Below are positions 44,442 through 55,789 of a DNA stretch of 64,000 bases, piece after piece; the first letter of the stretch is position 1, and every line of letters starts with the position of its first letter. Both the position numbers and the translations under genes were made by a program. This DNA is from a virus: positions 32,001 to 96,000 of the IMG/VR virus record IMGVR_UViG_3300049914_000251; one strand, written 5' to 3'. Below the pieces are notes generated by a model. That model ran no database searches. It was given only the letters and a program-made list of their open reading frames with translations, and was not told where the DNA came from.

Positions 44442-45222
44442 TTTTCCTCGCTTGTAACACCCAGTTCATAGCCCGTGCATACAGATAATGAGATATTGCA
44501 GCAAAATAAGCCGCAACAACATCAGTCACTCCAACGCTTTCAGACAAAACACGAATATAATCAGCCTGCTTAATAATTACATCTGTCACGCCAACATTAT
44601 CTCTAATAGAGTTATTAAAGATTCCGGCCTTAATAAGAACATCTGTCAGACCTACAGTGTTAGCTAATGAAACTGCGATACTTCTCATGACAGACGGCAT
44701 CCCCGCATCCGTCACTACCACGCTCTCAGCAATAACTGCCAAAACGATATTCCTCATGACAGATGGCATCCCCGCATCAGTCACTCCCACGCCATCTACC
44801 ACAGACCTGTTAAACGTGCCCTGCTTACTCAGAACATCCGTAACTCCAGCAGTGTTAAGAACAGATCTCATAAAATCTACTGTTTTGATTAAGACATCGG
44901 TTATTCCTACGTTGTTCTGCAGAACAGCTGTCAAATTTCTGTTCGGTATGGCTACATCAGTCAGCCCTACATTATCTGCAATACCCCTTATCCAATTAAA
45001 CGGTCCAAACGTCTGCGGTATCAACTCACCTAAATATAAATTTGGATCCATCCTGCCGATTATAGGTTGGTCTATCGATGACAACCACCCAACACCGAAA
45101 AGATCTCCCTCAGCAGCTATCCACGAAATATCTGTATCTGTTACCGTGGGATAACATACTTTAGGAATAAAAGGAACATCCAGACTGTCATCAAACCACA
45201 CACCAGCACTTTTTAATGGCAT
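44428..45222 (-). CDS. repeat-containing virion protein
   Basis: Eight ~21-23-aa units ending (D/E/N)xVG(V/L/I)TD. Confidence 0.65.
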   Translation of the reverse strand: MPLKSAGVWFDDSLDVPFIPKVCYPTVTDTDISWIAAEGDLFGVGWLSSIDQPIIGRMDPNLYLGELIPQTFGPFNWIRGIADNVGLTDVAIPNRNLTAVLQNNVGITDVLIKTVDFMRSVLNTAGVTDVLSKQGTFNRSVVDGVGVTDAGMPSVMRNIVLAVIAESVVVTDAGMPSVMRSIAVSLANTVGLTDVLIKAGIFNNSIRDNVGVTDVIIKQADYIRVLSESVGVTDVVAAYFAAISHYLYARAMNWVLQARKNESS

Positions 45223-45449
45223 CTCAACCTCGCCCGTGCTTCCGCCTGCTCTAATCTCTTCTCAACAGGATTACACTCCAAACACCCTTGACTTCCACAC
45301 GTTACCTTCATACACTTCAAACAAAATCCCCGCTTACGACCACTACCCGGATTTACCGCAAAATGACATCCACAATGTCCACACTGTAACGTACTGCCTT
45401 CAACACTTCCCTTTTCACTTATGATTTCAAAGTGCCCATCTTCTCGCAC
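45213..45449 (-). CDS. small Cys-rich zinc-binding protein
   Basis: CGHCG...CLKC...CG...C..C. Confidence 0.6.
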   Translation of the reverse strand: MREDGHFEIISEKGSVEGSTLQCGHCGCHFAVNPGSGRKRGFCLKCMKVTCGSQGCLECNPVEKRLEQAEARARLRCH

Positions 45450-45461
45450 TTTTCCCCCGAT

Positions 45462-45914
45462 CTACTCTTCCCAATAAAGAGTCGTCATAACCTCCGGAGT
45501 TGCTGCAGCTGCGACATCAATAGCTCCCTCACCCACGCCATCATCCGCAGTAGCCGGAAGTACGATCTCAGCTCCTGGAGCTGCCACCCACCTGAAAGTA
45601 GCACGCTGATTAACCCCTACCTGCAACACCACATTTCCAGCAGTGTACGTAGGTTCCACCGTACTGTTGTCACCACACACGCACAGAGCCGCTGGAGATG
45701 CCTTATCTAACTTAGCAGGAGTCACCGCAGATGCAGTGCCTGGAGCAGAGAAGCGCTGTATCGTATGCTTCAAGGTAATATCTGCAGGGGCAGAAACATG
45801 AGACATAATTACCTCATAAATCTTACCTCTCCGTGTTGCAACACCTGCTAAAACTATAGTCGTATCCAAAGGATTTGCAACCGTCTGCGTACCTGCCGCA
45901 AAATACTTATCCAT
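45462..45914 (-). CDS. virion structural protein
   Basis: Ala/Thr/Val-rich; ends WEE; GGAGG RBS. Confidence 0.6.
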   Translation of the reverse strand: MDKYFAAGTQTVANPLDTTIVLAGVATRRGKIYEVIMSHVSAPADITLKHTIQRFSAPGTASAVTPAKLDKASPAALCVCGDNSTVEPTYTAGNVVLQVGVNQRATFRWVAAPGAEIVLPATADDGVGEGAIDVAAAATPEVMTTLYWEE

Positions 45915-45942
45915 ACCTGCCTCCCTAAAGTGATCCTGTCAC

Positions 45943-46320
45943 TTAAAACCAATGTTGGTACAATGCCATACTTACGAGAACTGTACCTATGATTCCGAAA
46001 ATACCTGCCGCAATATTAAATTTAGTTCTCATACTTGGAAGATCTTTCAAAATCTTCCTTATCTCTTCTGCCTCTTCTGGACTCTTAGCCACAAGAGCTA
46101 AACAACGTATCGAATTCTTAATCTCATTCATATCTTTAGCATTATCTGCTTTCATAGTAGTCATCCCCTCATTCATATGTGAGAGATGATTAGTAATCAA
46201 CGTATCCATCCCAGATATTGCTTGTGCATTAGTAGCTACAGAAGCTGTCAGAGCATTAAAAAGCTCTACGCACTTTATATTGATTTCCTCATGAATAATT
46301 TCAACCTTCTTAGTAGCCAT
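45943..46320 (-). CDS. holin/XhlA-like membrane protein
   Basis: Coiled coil with TNHLSH and a single C-terminal TM helix. Confidence 0.5.
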   Translation of the reverse strand: MATKKVEIIHEEINIKCVELFNALTASVATNAQAISGMDTLITNHLSHMNEGMTTMKADNAKDMNEIKNSIRCLALVAKSPEEAEEIRKILKDLPSMRTKFNIAAGIFGIIGTVLVSMALYQHWF

Positions 46321-46335
46321 ACAGACCCCCTAATT

Positions 46336-48291
<1,956 letters not shown>

Positions 48292-48305
48292 ATCATACCT
48301 CCAGT

Positions 48306-48677
48306 TTAATAACCTGCCACATAGCCGCGCACTGTAGGCCGCTGTCCAGCAGTCTTATTGATGAAAGATATTTTAGACGTCGCCCCATCACCAAAGGCGG
48401 AAACAGCGACGTTTTCTTCTATCCACGTTTCACCGCCCTCTACTAAAATTGCTGTAGCAGATCCGGCAACTGCAACTGCCCCGCTGATATCTATGTAAAC
48501 GCCGAGATCTGTAATAAAAGTGAACTCCCTTATACATTCAAGATTGCCCGGACCCCCTAAAACCACCAGATTCTCAGCCACATTCGTGACAGCCAGCTTT
48601 TTATTTAACGCACGATAATCTGCTTTAGGTTCCACAGATTGACGCACTGTCATTGCTCTACGTATTGTCATATACAC
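48306..48677 (-). CDS. virion structural protein
   Basis: Beta-rich ORF in the head-neck cluster. Confidence 0.55.
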   Translation of the reverse strand: MYMTIRRAMTVRQSVEPKADYRALNKKLAVTNVAENLVVLGGPGNLECIREFTFITDLGVYIDISGAVAVAGSATAILVEGGETWIEENVAVSAFGDGATSKISFINKTAGQRPTVRGYVAGY

Positions 48678-48699
48678 CTACCTTCCCCGATTAGGAGAA

Positions 48700-49224
48700 T
48701 CACTTTTTCTTACTTAAAAGTTCCTTAAGGTTCTGAGATACGTCCTTAATATTAGCATCTGCGTTAAACGCCAAACCACCTCTTTCAGATGAGGGCAGCC
48801 TTACCTCGCCCAACACACCTGCCGAAACATCCCTTTGAGATTGAGGATGTGCCAACATCCGCTCTGGCTCACCATCGACTATTTCGAACCCCACCGGAGG
48901 TAAGTCCCCTGCTTCTTTTCCAGGCACATACCCCGGATCATGAACAGGTGCTACGCTCCTCTTAGAACCAGAAGGTGTCAGCGAATCAGGATTGTCAAAA
49001 CGTGAATAAGTACGTTCTGTAACTCTGTTAACAGCAACGCCCTGTCCCGGTGTTTTATTTATTGCCCGTATGCCCATCATTCTTTTGTTCTGATCGAGAA
49101 CCTCAAAAATTTCCATATTAGACAACGATTTCGCCTTCTGCGCATCGTCTATCTTGACGGTAACACCCCTCTTAAATCCCCAAAACTCCTCATGAGGTCC
49201 CAGCAAAGTAACTTCGTATGACAT
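48700..49224 (-). CDS. hypothetical protein
   Basis: 174-aa ORF with RBS. Confidence 0.6.
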   Translation of the reverse strand: MSYEVTLLGPHEEFWGFKRGVTVKIDDAQKAKSLSNMEIFEVLDQNKRMMGIRAINKTPGQGVAVNRVTERTYSRFDNPDSLTPSGSKRSVAPVHDPGYVPGKEAGDLPPVGFEIVDGEPERMLAHPQSQRDVSAGVLGEVRLPSSERGGLAFNADANIKDVSQNLKELLSKKK

Positions 49225-49242
49225 TACAATTTCCTTTCAGAC

Positions 49243-49743
49243 TTACTTATCAGTAGGATAAAGCTCGACGTTAACCGTAGCGGCGATGGATTTTGCCGTC
49301 ACATTAGCATTATCTACTACCAACGTAACATATACCAGTTGTCCCTCAAGCAAATCGCAAACCCCTGCTGTAGCTACTAACACGGCATCATAATCCGTAT
49401 AAGCTGTCAGGCCGCTTATGGTTAAAGCAGAACATAGATCCACGTCAGCCCCAGCGATAACCGCCTTAGAAAGAGTCACATGAACATGATTGGCAGCCAT
49501 TGTAGGATACTGCTGTGCATTCACGAATATCCTATTTACCGTACAGTTCACCGGTGCCATGAACATGCCCAGAATCCTGGTCTGAGCCTTAATACAATCG
49601 GCCACAGGCTCATTCGTCGCGTCCTGAGCACCTCTCGCCTGTGCTACAATAAAAGGAAGAGATTTAACGTAACGAGTTCGATAACCTTTACCTAACTGAT
49701 CCATCAGTCTCTCTTTGCGTTCGATAACTTTCGTATGTGCCAT
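49243..49743 (-). CDS. capsid decoration-like protein, paralog 3
   Basis: MAHTKVIERKERLMDQLGKGYRTRY N-arm. Confidence 0.6.
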   Translation of the reverse strand: MAHTKVIERKERLMDQLGKGYRTRYVKSLPFIVAQARGAQDATNEPVADCIKAQTRILGMFMAPVNCTVNRIFVNAQQYPTMAANHVHVTLSKAVIAGADVDLCSALTISGLTAYTDYDAVLVATAGVCDLLEGQLVYVTLVVDNANVTAKSIAATVNVELYPTDK

Positions 49744-49793
49744 GTTTAGCCTCCATCAGGGTAGCACTTAGACCACCCACTAACTAATCTAAT

Positions 49794-50294
49794 TTACACC
49801 TCTGTAGGCATGAATTCTATACCTACTACCAAACCACTGGACTTAGCTGTTATCGCTTGATCAGCTACGCCAATAGTAACATCCACCGCTTCACCTTCCA
49901 ACATATTCACAGCAGCAGCAACCAGGGTAAGGTCACAAGCTGTCTCTGCTACCTGAGAAGCTGCTTCGATATTCAGAGCAGCAGTCAACGCAACGTCACC
50001 AGTCACATAACCAACCTTAGTTCCTGTCAAGTTAATAACCCCGGCCGCAGCATTATTTGGCCACGCTTTAGCATTAGCGAACATGCGCAATATTTGACAA
50101 TTACAAGGAGCCACAAAAACTCCCTTATACACTGTCTGGGCACGAAGCGCATCTGCCAGCAAGTCGCTGTCAGCAGAAGTATCATCTATTCGATCTTCTG
50201 CTATAATTACCGGTACAACCGAAGTATAGCGAGTTCTATATCCTTTGCCTAACTGAGTCATCAGTGTCGCTTTGAGTTCAATCGTTTTTGTCAT
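49794..50294 (-). CDS. capsid decoration-like protein, paralog 2
   Basis: MTKTIELKATLMTQLGKGYRTRY; GGAGG RBS. Confidence 0.6.
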   Translation of the reverse strand: MTKTIELKATLMTQLGKGYRTRYTSVVPVIIAEDRIDDTSADSDLLADALRAQTVYKGVFVAPCNCQILRMFANAKAWPNNAAAGVINLTGTKVGYVTGDVALTAALNIEAASQVAETACDLTLVAAAVNMLEGEAVDVTIGVADQAITAKSSGLVVGIEFMPTEV

Positions 50295-50295
50295 G

Positions 50296-50766
50296 TTAAG
50301 CCTCCGCGGGCATGTACTCAACGCCCAATACTAAACTGTTAGACCTAGTTGCCACCGCATCGTTTGAAACAGCAACCACTACATAAACAAGCGCGCCCTC
50401 ATCCAGATCGGCATTGCCTGTAATTGTCAAATCAGCAGTTAACTTTCCTGTCAACGCATCAATGGACTCTGCCGCTGTTATAGCGTTGGCGTTGTTATAA
50501 AAACGTGCCGTTATAGTACCACCGTTAGGATAACCATAAGCACGTGAAAAACAACGCAACACTGTGCATTTACACGGTGCTACGAATATACCTTTATATA
50601 AAGTCTCATTACGAATCACATCGGCTACCACATTTCCCGGAGCCACATCCGATCCTCTGTCATTAGCTACTAACACAGTAACCTGCGGCGTATAACGAGT
50701 TCGATATCCCTTACCGAGTTGGTCCATTATTCGCTCTTTCCGCTCAATTACTTTCGTATGTGCCAT
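50296..50766 (-). CDS. capsid decoration-like protein, paralog 1
   Basis: MAHTKVIERKERIMDQLGKGYRTRY; GGAGG RBS. Confidence 0.6.
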   Translation of the reverse strand: MAHTKVIERKERIMDQLGKGYRTRYTPQVTVLVANDRGSDVAPGNVVADVIRNETLYKGIFVAPCKCTVLRCFSRAYGYPNGGTITARFYNNANAITAAESIDALTGKLTADLTITGNADLDEGALVYVVVAVSNDAVATRSNSLVLGVEYMPAEA

Positions 50767-50938
50767 TGCTTTCCTCCCTGGAGGCGACACCCCGATCGCC
50801 CACTAAATACCACTTTAGCCCGCAACCATAATACGGTTCGGGCTTACGCTCAAATCTCAAAGCGCCTTTTTCCTCGCTTCATTGCCTTATTTTAGCGAAT
50901 ACAAAGACTCGCTACTCTTGTAAAATCAGATTGCCTAA

Positions 50939-50973
50939 CGGGTAGTGCCCGTTGTTAAACGAAGCACTACCCG
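50939..50973 (-). terminator. hairpin after the major capsid gene
   Basis: CGGGTAGTGC...GCACTACCCG 10-bp stem; weak U tract. Confidence 0.5.
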
Positions 50974-50995
50974 CATTAGCCACTTTACTTTAACT

Positions 50996-52444
50996 TTAGA
51001 CTGTCTTCAAATCGGAGATCTTGGCCTGCTTCCTCACGTCTAAGCAGCGAAGCTCAGCGTAGGTGAAGAACATGCCCTTGATCCCGAGCATGTCGTTCTG
51101 TAGGTAATCTCTCGACTCGAAGTACCTAGTCATTGATGCTACAGCCAGCTCTAACCACCGCGTATCGAGCACGAACACGTCGCACCCACCAGCGGTAAGA
51201 GTATGAGCACCGGCAGAGTAGTCATAGCCTTTCTTCATATCCACATCGGGGAAGAAGGGAATTCCACGATAGGTTGCCAGTTGGAAACCAGCCTGGAAAC
51301 CTGGGAGAGTAGCCTCTCCACCCCTCTTGACCTGGAATGAAGCCTCAGGCATATATCGACGCTGTGCCTGCAGCAATTGGTCTACCCTGTCCAGCTGATC
51401 AAAACCGGAAAGTATGATGTCAGGCTCTCCACCGGCTTCACGAACGTACCTAATGGCCTGATCGATCAGCTCAGTTTCAAGATATCTGGTTACACCAGCA
51501 TTCCCCACCACGTTTCCAGCGTTATACGCAGCAGCTGTTCTATTTACACCACTTGCTGTTAAAGTGGTGGCACCAGGAATCACTCCCCAGTTATAGCACT
51601 TTACACCCTCAGCCGGATTACTTGCCAGCGAAAGGACGCGGCCATCATATTCTACTACATCGTCCAAAGCGGTAATTCCACCGCGACCGACCACCATATA
51701 CTCGTTATCCTGAACGAGAGTAATAGGATCGGTTGGACCGGAACCATTCTGAGTTCCCACAGAAAGGAACGTATGTGCTCCAGTAGATCGATTTGGGGCC
51801 ACGCAAATTGCCAGGTAACTGCCGGAATTTGCACCGTTCTTATCAGTTGCAGTACCGTAGATTATGTCGCCTGGTCTTAGGGCAGTTGCCGGAGCAATTA
51901 TAGCCGCACCACTTGTCAACCCAGCTGTGGTGCAAACTACATAGTTGTTATCCAGAATGCCCCCGTTAATGTCTTTAATATGGTCAATAGATGCAAACTC
52001 CTGCTCAACCGCAAGAGCGTCACCAATTCCACCCTCTATCCCTGCCAGATACTGCGCCTGCTCAGTCACGCCGAGCATGGTCACAATAGCTCTAGGCGGA
52101 GACCATATCTGTTGGTACGTAGACTTAGCAACAGCTGGCAGTGCAGCATTTTCAGCTACCGGAGCTGTGCTAGTATTACGCGCAGAACGGTTTCTCCATC
52201 CTACAGTAGTTCCAAACGGAACCTTCCGGAACAGGTTGAATGTTTTAACTTGATTATTTAAAATGTCCCAGACCTTCCGACCGTACGTCTGAGTGAAAAA
52301 GTCTGTATAAACCAACTGACTTCCGCCAGCCGATAAACCAGTACCTTTAATCAGATCAAATACTGGAGGGAGCTGAGGCCCAAGGCCGTACCCTGCTTCA
52401 ACTCTTGTTAGATATTCCATCAGGTTCTCACCAAAAGTTGCCAT
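50996..52444 (-). CDS. major capsid protein (HK97 fold)
   Basis: Follows protease and scaffold; YGRKVW, VAENAALP, GGEPDIILSG, ATYRGIP, ELRC...QAKISDL. Confidence 0.85.
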   Translation of the reverse strand: MATFGENLMEYLTRVEAGYGLGPQLPPVFDLIKGTGLSAGGSQLVYTDFFTQTYGRKVWDILNNQVKTFNLFRKVPFGTTVGWRNRSARNTSTAPVAENAALPAVAKSTYQQIWSPPRAIVTMLGVTEQAQYLAGIEGGIGDALAVEQEFASIDHIKDINGGILDNNYVVCTTAGLTSGAAIIAPATALRPGDIIYGTATDKNGANSGSYLAICVAPNRSTGAHTFLSVGTQNGSGPTDPITLVQDNEYMVVGRGGITALDDVVEYDGRVLSLASNPAEGVKCYNWGVIPGATTLTASGVNRTAAAYNAGNVVGNAGVTRYLETELIDQAIRYVREAGGEPDIILSGFDQLDRVDQLLQAQRRYMPEASFQVKRGGEATLPGFQAGFQLATYRGIPFFPDVDMKKGYDYSAGAHTLTAGGCDVFVLDTRWLELAVASMTRYFESRDYLQNDMLGIKGMFFTYAELRCLDVRKQAKISDLKTV

Positions 52445-53367
52445 TAGTACGCCCTCCTACTCATGTCAAGACTCTGCAGTGCAGGGTCCACCTGAGATCT
52501 AAATTTATTTACCTGTTTAAATGTGGCGCCAGGAATCTTACCAGCCTTCACTAATAGAGAAGGCGGATCAGGATCCCTACACAACCACTCTACTGCTTTT
52601 GTGAGGTCATCGCCACCTACGTTTGCTGACCTGCTCCCTGCGATTGCCGCCGGAACTGGTGTGGTCGAAGCCACAATGCCAGCGCTCTTGAGGATACCCT
52701 CAAACTTGGCGGATAATCGAGATTCAATTTCGTCAGCGGCTTTCTTAACCTCTGCGGAAGCGGAGTAATCAGTGCTTTCCGGTTTCTTTAAATCACCCTG
52801 AGGACCTGGTTCAATCGAAGAGTCCTTGCCTTTACCAGCAGACTCAGCGCCCTTGTCCTTCACGGTGTCCGGAAGCTTCTCCTTGCCCATGCCTAACCCG
52901 GCCATGTCCTTCTGCAGTCGGGCTATTTCGCCTCTCTGCGAAACGATCTCTTCGAGAGCAAGATCAAGCAGCTTGGCGGCCTTTGTCTCTTCCATTTCGT
53001 CGTCCTCCTTTGAAGACTCATCGCCGTCCTCAGCCTCCTCTTCAGGGAGCTTAGGTACGTCATTTTTGTCTTCCTGCTTGTCTTCCTTCTCAGGCTCTTT
53101 CTTGTCGTCCTTCTTTTCGTCCTTCTTGTCGTCAGACTTTCCGTCCTCTTTCTTATCGTCAGCGGACTTGTCGTCCTTCTTCTCGTCGGACTTGGCAGGT
53201 TCCTCAGCCTTTTGAAGCTGCGCTACCTTACCATCCAGGGCATCAATCTGAGCCTGCATCAGGGCAAGATCAACCCCCTTCGCATCAGCAGAGATGTCTT
53301 CACCGTTAGCGATTGCTTTCTTAAGCTCATCAACTGCCTTTTGTGCCATTTCGAGTTTACTTGCCAT
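52444..53367 (-). CDS. capsid scaffolding protein
   Basis: Acidic/Lys-rich coiled coil; start MASKLE after GGAAGG; TAATG coupling to MCP. Confidence 0.75.
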   Translation of the reverse strand: MASKLEMAQKAVDELKKAIANGEDISADAKGVDLALMQAQIDALDGKVAQLQKAEEPAKSDEKKDDKSADDKKEDGKSDDKKDEKKDDKKEPEKEDKQEDKNDVPKLPEEEAEDGDESSKEDDEMEETKAAKLLDLALEEIVSQRGEIARLQKDMAGLGMGKEKLPDTVKDKGAESAGKGKDSSIEPGPQGDLKKPESTDYSASAEVKKAADEIESRLSAKFEGILKSAGIVASTTPVPAAIAGSRSANVGGDDLTKAVEWLCRDPDPPSLLVKAGKIPGATFKQVNKFRSQVDPALQSLDMSRRAY

Positions 53368-53504
53368 ACCTTCCGTTTCACCTAGTACAAATTTCCCATT
53401 CACCAGCCTTCTATCCGCTGGCAGTTGGCATTTAGCCAGCCGAGACCCGGGATAAGCCTCGAACATCCTTTAAAGTAGAGTATTCGACCTCTCTACCTTA
53501 CACC

Positions 53505-54035
53505 CTAACAAACGGGCAACCATACCCACCAGCCATTCCGAACCAAATCACCCTGTGTTTTCTTATGATGACATCTCACACACAAAACCTGCAAATTTTC
53601 ATCCCTATCTGCAATATCAAGTTGTCCATACCACGCCAACACATGCCTGGGTGTTATATGATCACACCGTAAAAGCGCTTTGTTAATTTCTCCGCATCTA
53701 GCACACGGTTTACCGATAACAAATATGAGATAATTACCCTTGAACCACCAACTGGAAGAACTACCATAGACCGAATACCTTTCTCTGTACCACTCGATAC
53801 CTTTTTCGGTCTGCTTCCACCTCATCACGCTAATTCTACGAATATCGGCGCCCTTCTCTGTCTTACGATAATTTCTGGTACGTTCACGCCGAGCAATACT
53901 TCCCTTTACTGAACGATCATACCTTGTCCAGATAATCCTATCTACTGCAACCCGACAAACACTACAATAAGAAGGCGGACGACCTGCCCCCACCCGTACA
54001 TATTCGAATTCGACTCCACATGACTTGCATTGCAT
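53505..54035 (-). CDS. HNH endonuclease with N-terminal Zn finger
   Basis: CKSC...CSVC; CARCG...DHITP...NLQVLCVRCHHKKT. Confidence 0.88.
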   Translation of the reverse strand: MQCKSCGVEFEYVRVGAGRPPSYCSVCRVAVDRIIWTRYDRSVKGSIARRERTRNYRKTEKGADIRRISVMRWKQTEKGIEWYRERYSVYGSSSSWWFKGNYLIFVIGKPCARCGEINKALLRCDHITPRHVLAWYGQLDIADRDENLQVLCVRCHHKKTQGDLVRNGWWVWLPVC

Positions 54036-54047
54036 TTTAACCCGCGC

Positions 54048-54084
54048 AAAAAATAAGGGTAGAGTTCGACCGCTCTACCTTTAT
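54048..54084 (-). terminator. promoter-proximal intrinsic terminator
   Basis: ATAAAGGTAGAG-CGGTCGAA-CTCTACCCTTAT followed by TTTTT. Confidence 0.7.
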
Positions 54085-54125
54085 CTTCTAAGTTACTTTT
54101 AACGCTATTTTTCTATTCTGATGTA

Positions 54126-54154
54126 AGTTTACCACGATAGTTCATGTCTTGCAA
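54126..54154 (-). promoter_or_regulatory. sigma70-like promoter (proximal)
   Basis: TTGCAA-N17-TAAACT with TGn. Confidence 0.6.
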
Positions 54155-54155
54155 G

Positions 54156-54321
54156 TCTTGTATTAGCCGCCCGTTGACATTTTTATAAAATGCCTGCGCC
54201 CCTCAACACGCTCTCAACAACCTTCTGCCTCTCCTGAAGTTGCCGTATCTGCCACTGTCTTTCATAACACCACTCTACGCCATTCCCTTGTTGCCGTCAA
54301 CTCTTGTATTAGCTGCCCGTT
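54156..54321. repeat. 20-bp direct repeat pair (54156-54175, 54302-54321)
   Basis: tcttgtattagcCgcccgtt vs tcttgtattagcTgcccgtt, 19/20 identical. Confidence 0.9.
54272..54300 (-). promoter_or_regulatory. sigma70-like promoter (distal)
   Basis: TTGACG-N17-TAGAGT. Confidence 0.55.
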
Positions 54322-54814
54322 ACTTAGCTTTATTTTTACCCCGTCGCATCTCCTTCTCTGTCAGATATTCCAGTAGATACCACGAAACAAAAGATTCAGC
54401 TATGCCTACTGCCGTGAACACACCCACAAGTAAATTACCTACTTGCATGTTCCCGAGACCGAACTGAATTCCTACATAAGCGTCTCCCGGAATCATAGAA
54501 TTAACCATGAACACGCTCAGATACTTCAAAAAATCGTATTTCCGAGCAAACTCCGGCTTACGCCTCCTGATTTTCTTCCTGCTTGCCTTACGTTCATCCC
54601 CGGTTAAATATTCCGTGCACTTCCACGCTATGAGAGAATCAACAGTACCTACTGTGAATAGCAGCAGAATAAAGAATATTCCGAAGACCCACCGATCGAA
54701 CCCGAAGAAGTAACTCGAATATATGCCCACAGGAATTGTACTGTTGCTTAATACGATGTTTAAGTACTTCAACAGATTGTAACGTACTTGGGGGCTTTTC
54801 TGGAGGTTGATCAT
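54320..54814 (-). CDS. multi-pass membrane protein
   Basis: Several hydrophobic segments, internally duplicated (KYL...NS.IP...Y twice); GGAGG RBS. Confidence 0.65.
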   Translation of the reverse strand: MINLQKSPQVRYNLLKYLNIVLSNSTIPVGIYSSYFFGFDRWVFGIFFILLLFTVGTVDSLIAWKCTEYLTGDERKASRKKIRRRKPEFARKYDFLKYLSVFMVNSMIPGDAYVGIQFGLGNMQVGNLLVGVFTAVGIAESFVSWYLLEYLTEKEMRRGKNKAK

Positions 54815-54884
54815 AGCTACCTCCGTCAGTTACCGTTGTGTCCATACAAACCTCCGAGTTTATATACATCTCTACATCCAATGT

Positions 54885-55748
54885 TTACAAACCAGACCTA
54901 ACAAGTCGCGCTAACAACCTGTCTAATATCCTATCTGCCAGTGCTTCCATTGGATCCTCTGCAGGAATACCTTCCAATATCACGGCACCGCACCTATCTT
55001 TAGACTTCAGTAAAACAAACTTGGCGTCAGGATTCACCCCACGTTTGCACACCGTAATCTCGTATAGCTCCAGTTTGGTAACGCTCCAGAAACAGCGTCC
55101 TCCCTCACACTTGAACTCAGACTGCAAACCACGCCCTCTAATAGAGAACGAATCAACCTCTCCCTTATTTATAGACTCTATCAGCTCCTTACCAGGAAGA
55201 ATATCATCACGCAGTCTACAAACCACAAATAGCCCTTTATCATCTACCCTAGTCTTATGAACCTTGCCAGAAGAATCTACGGTCTCCGGCACCACATACC
55301 CCACCTGAATTCCAGTGTGTGATAACATAACATTTCGAAACATTGGTTGGAACATGAACTTCTCAAGAGACTCACCTAATGCCGGTCTCTCTATTCTGTG
55401 CCCTTCATCATCGATCACCCACGGAGAAGCATACCCCGCTATATAAATCCCATCGGCCGACTTGATAAGTTCCAGGTGCGAGAACGCCAGATGCTTTTCT
55501 TCGTCCTTACAAATTTCGCACGAATTACAGACTCCCCATCCCTGATCGCACTTACCAGACACCATCTTAGAATCCTTCTCCACCACCTTACAATCCTTCT
55601 TTTTCTTACACTTATCGCAGATACTCATACCACCGAACGTAGGAGTAAACCCAGTATCTGCAACCGTAGCCTGCGCTCCACCTGTTGCTAACCCGGCATC
55701 CTTCAACAAGCAAGCCGCCATTTCAATTAGTTCTGCTTCTTTACTCAT
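54885..55748 (-). CDS. HK97-family prohead protease
   Basis: IAGYAS...ID..GH, MLSHTG (His), SFSIRG (Ser), LYEITVC..GVNPDA. Confidence 0.9.
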   Translation of the reverse strand: MSKEAELIEMAACLLKDAGLATGGAQATVADTGFTPTFGGMSICDKCKKKKDCKVVEKDSKMVSGKCDQGWGVCNSCEICKDEEKHLAFSHLELIKSADGIYIAGYASPWVIDDEGHRIERPALGESLEKFMFQPMFRNVMLSHTGIQVGYVVPETVDSSGKVHKTRVDDKGLFVVCRLRDDILPGKELIESINKGEVDSFSIRGRGLQSEFKCEGGRCFWSVTKLELYEITVCKRGVNPDAKFVLLKSKDRCGAVILEGIPAEDPMEALADRILDRLLARLVRSGL

Positions 55749-55789
55749 GCTTACCTCATCGCGTCATTTATCGCGACATTCTGTCACGA

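Noticed and set aside
50849-50920. TAAAAT followed by short ORF MKRGKRRFEI and a partial TACAAGAG box
   Set aside because: No properly spaced -35, and the ORF is too short to support
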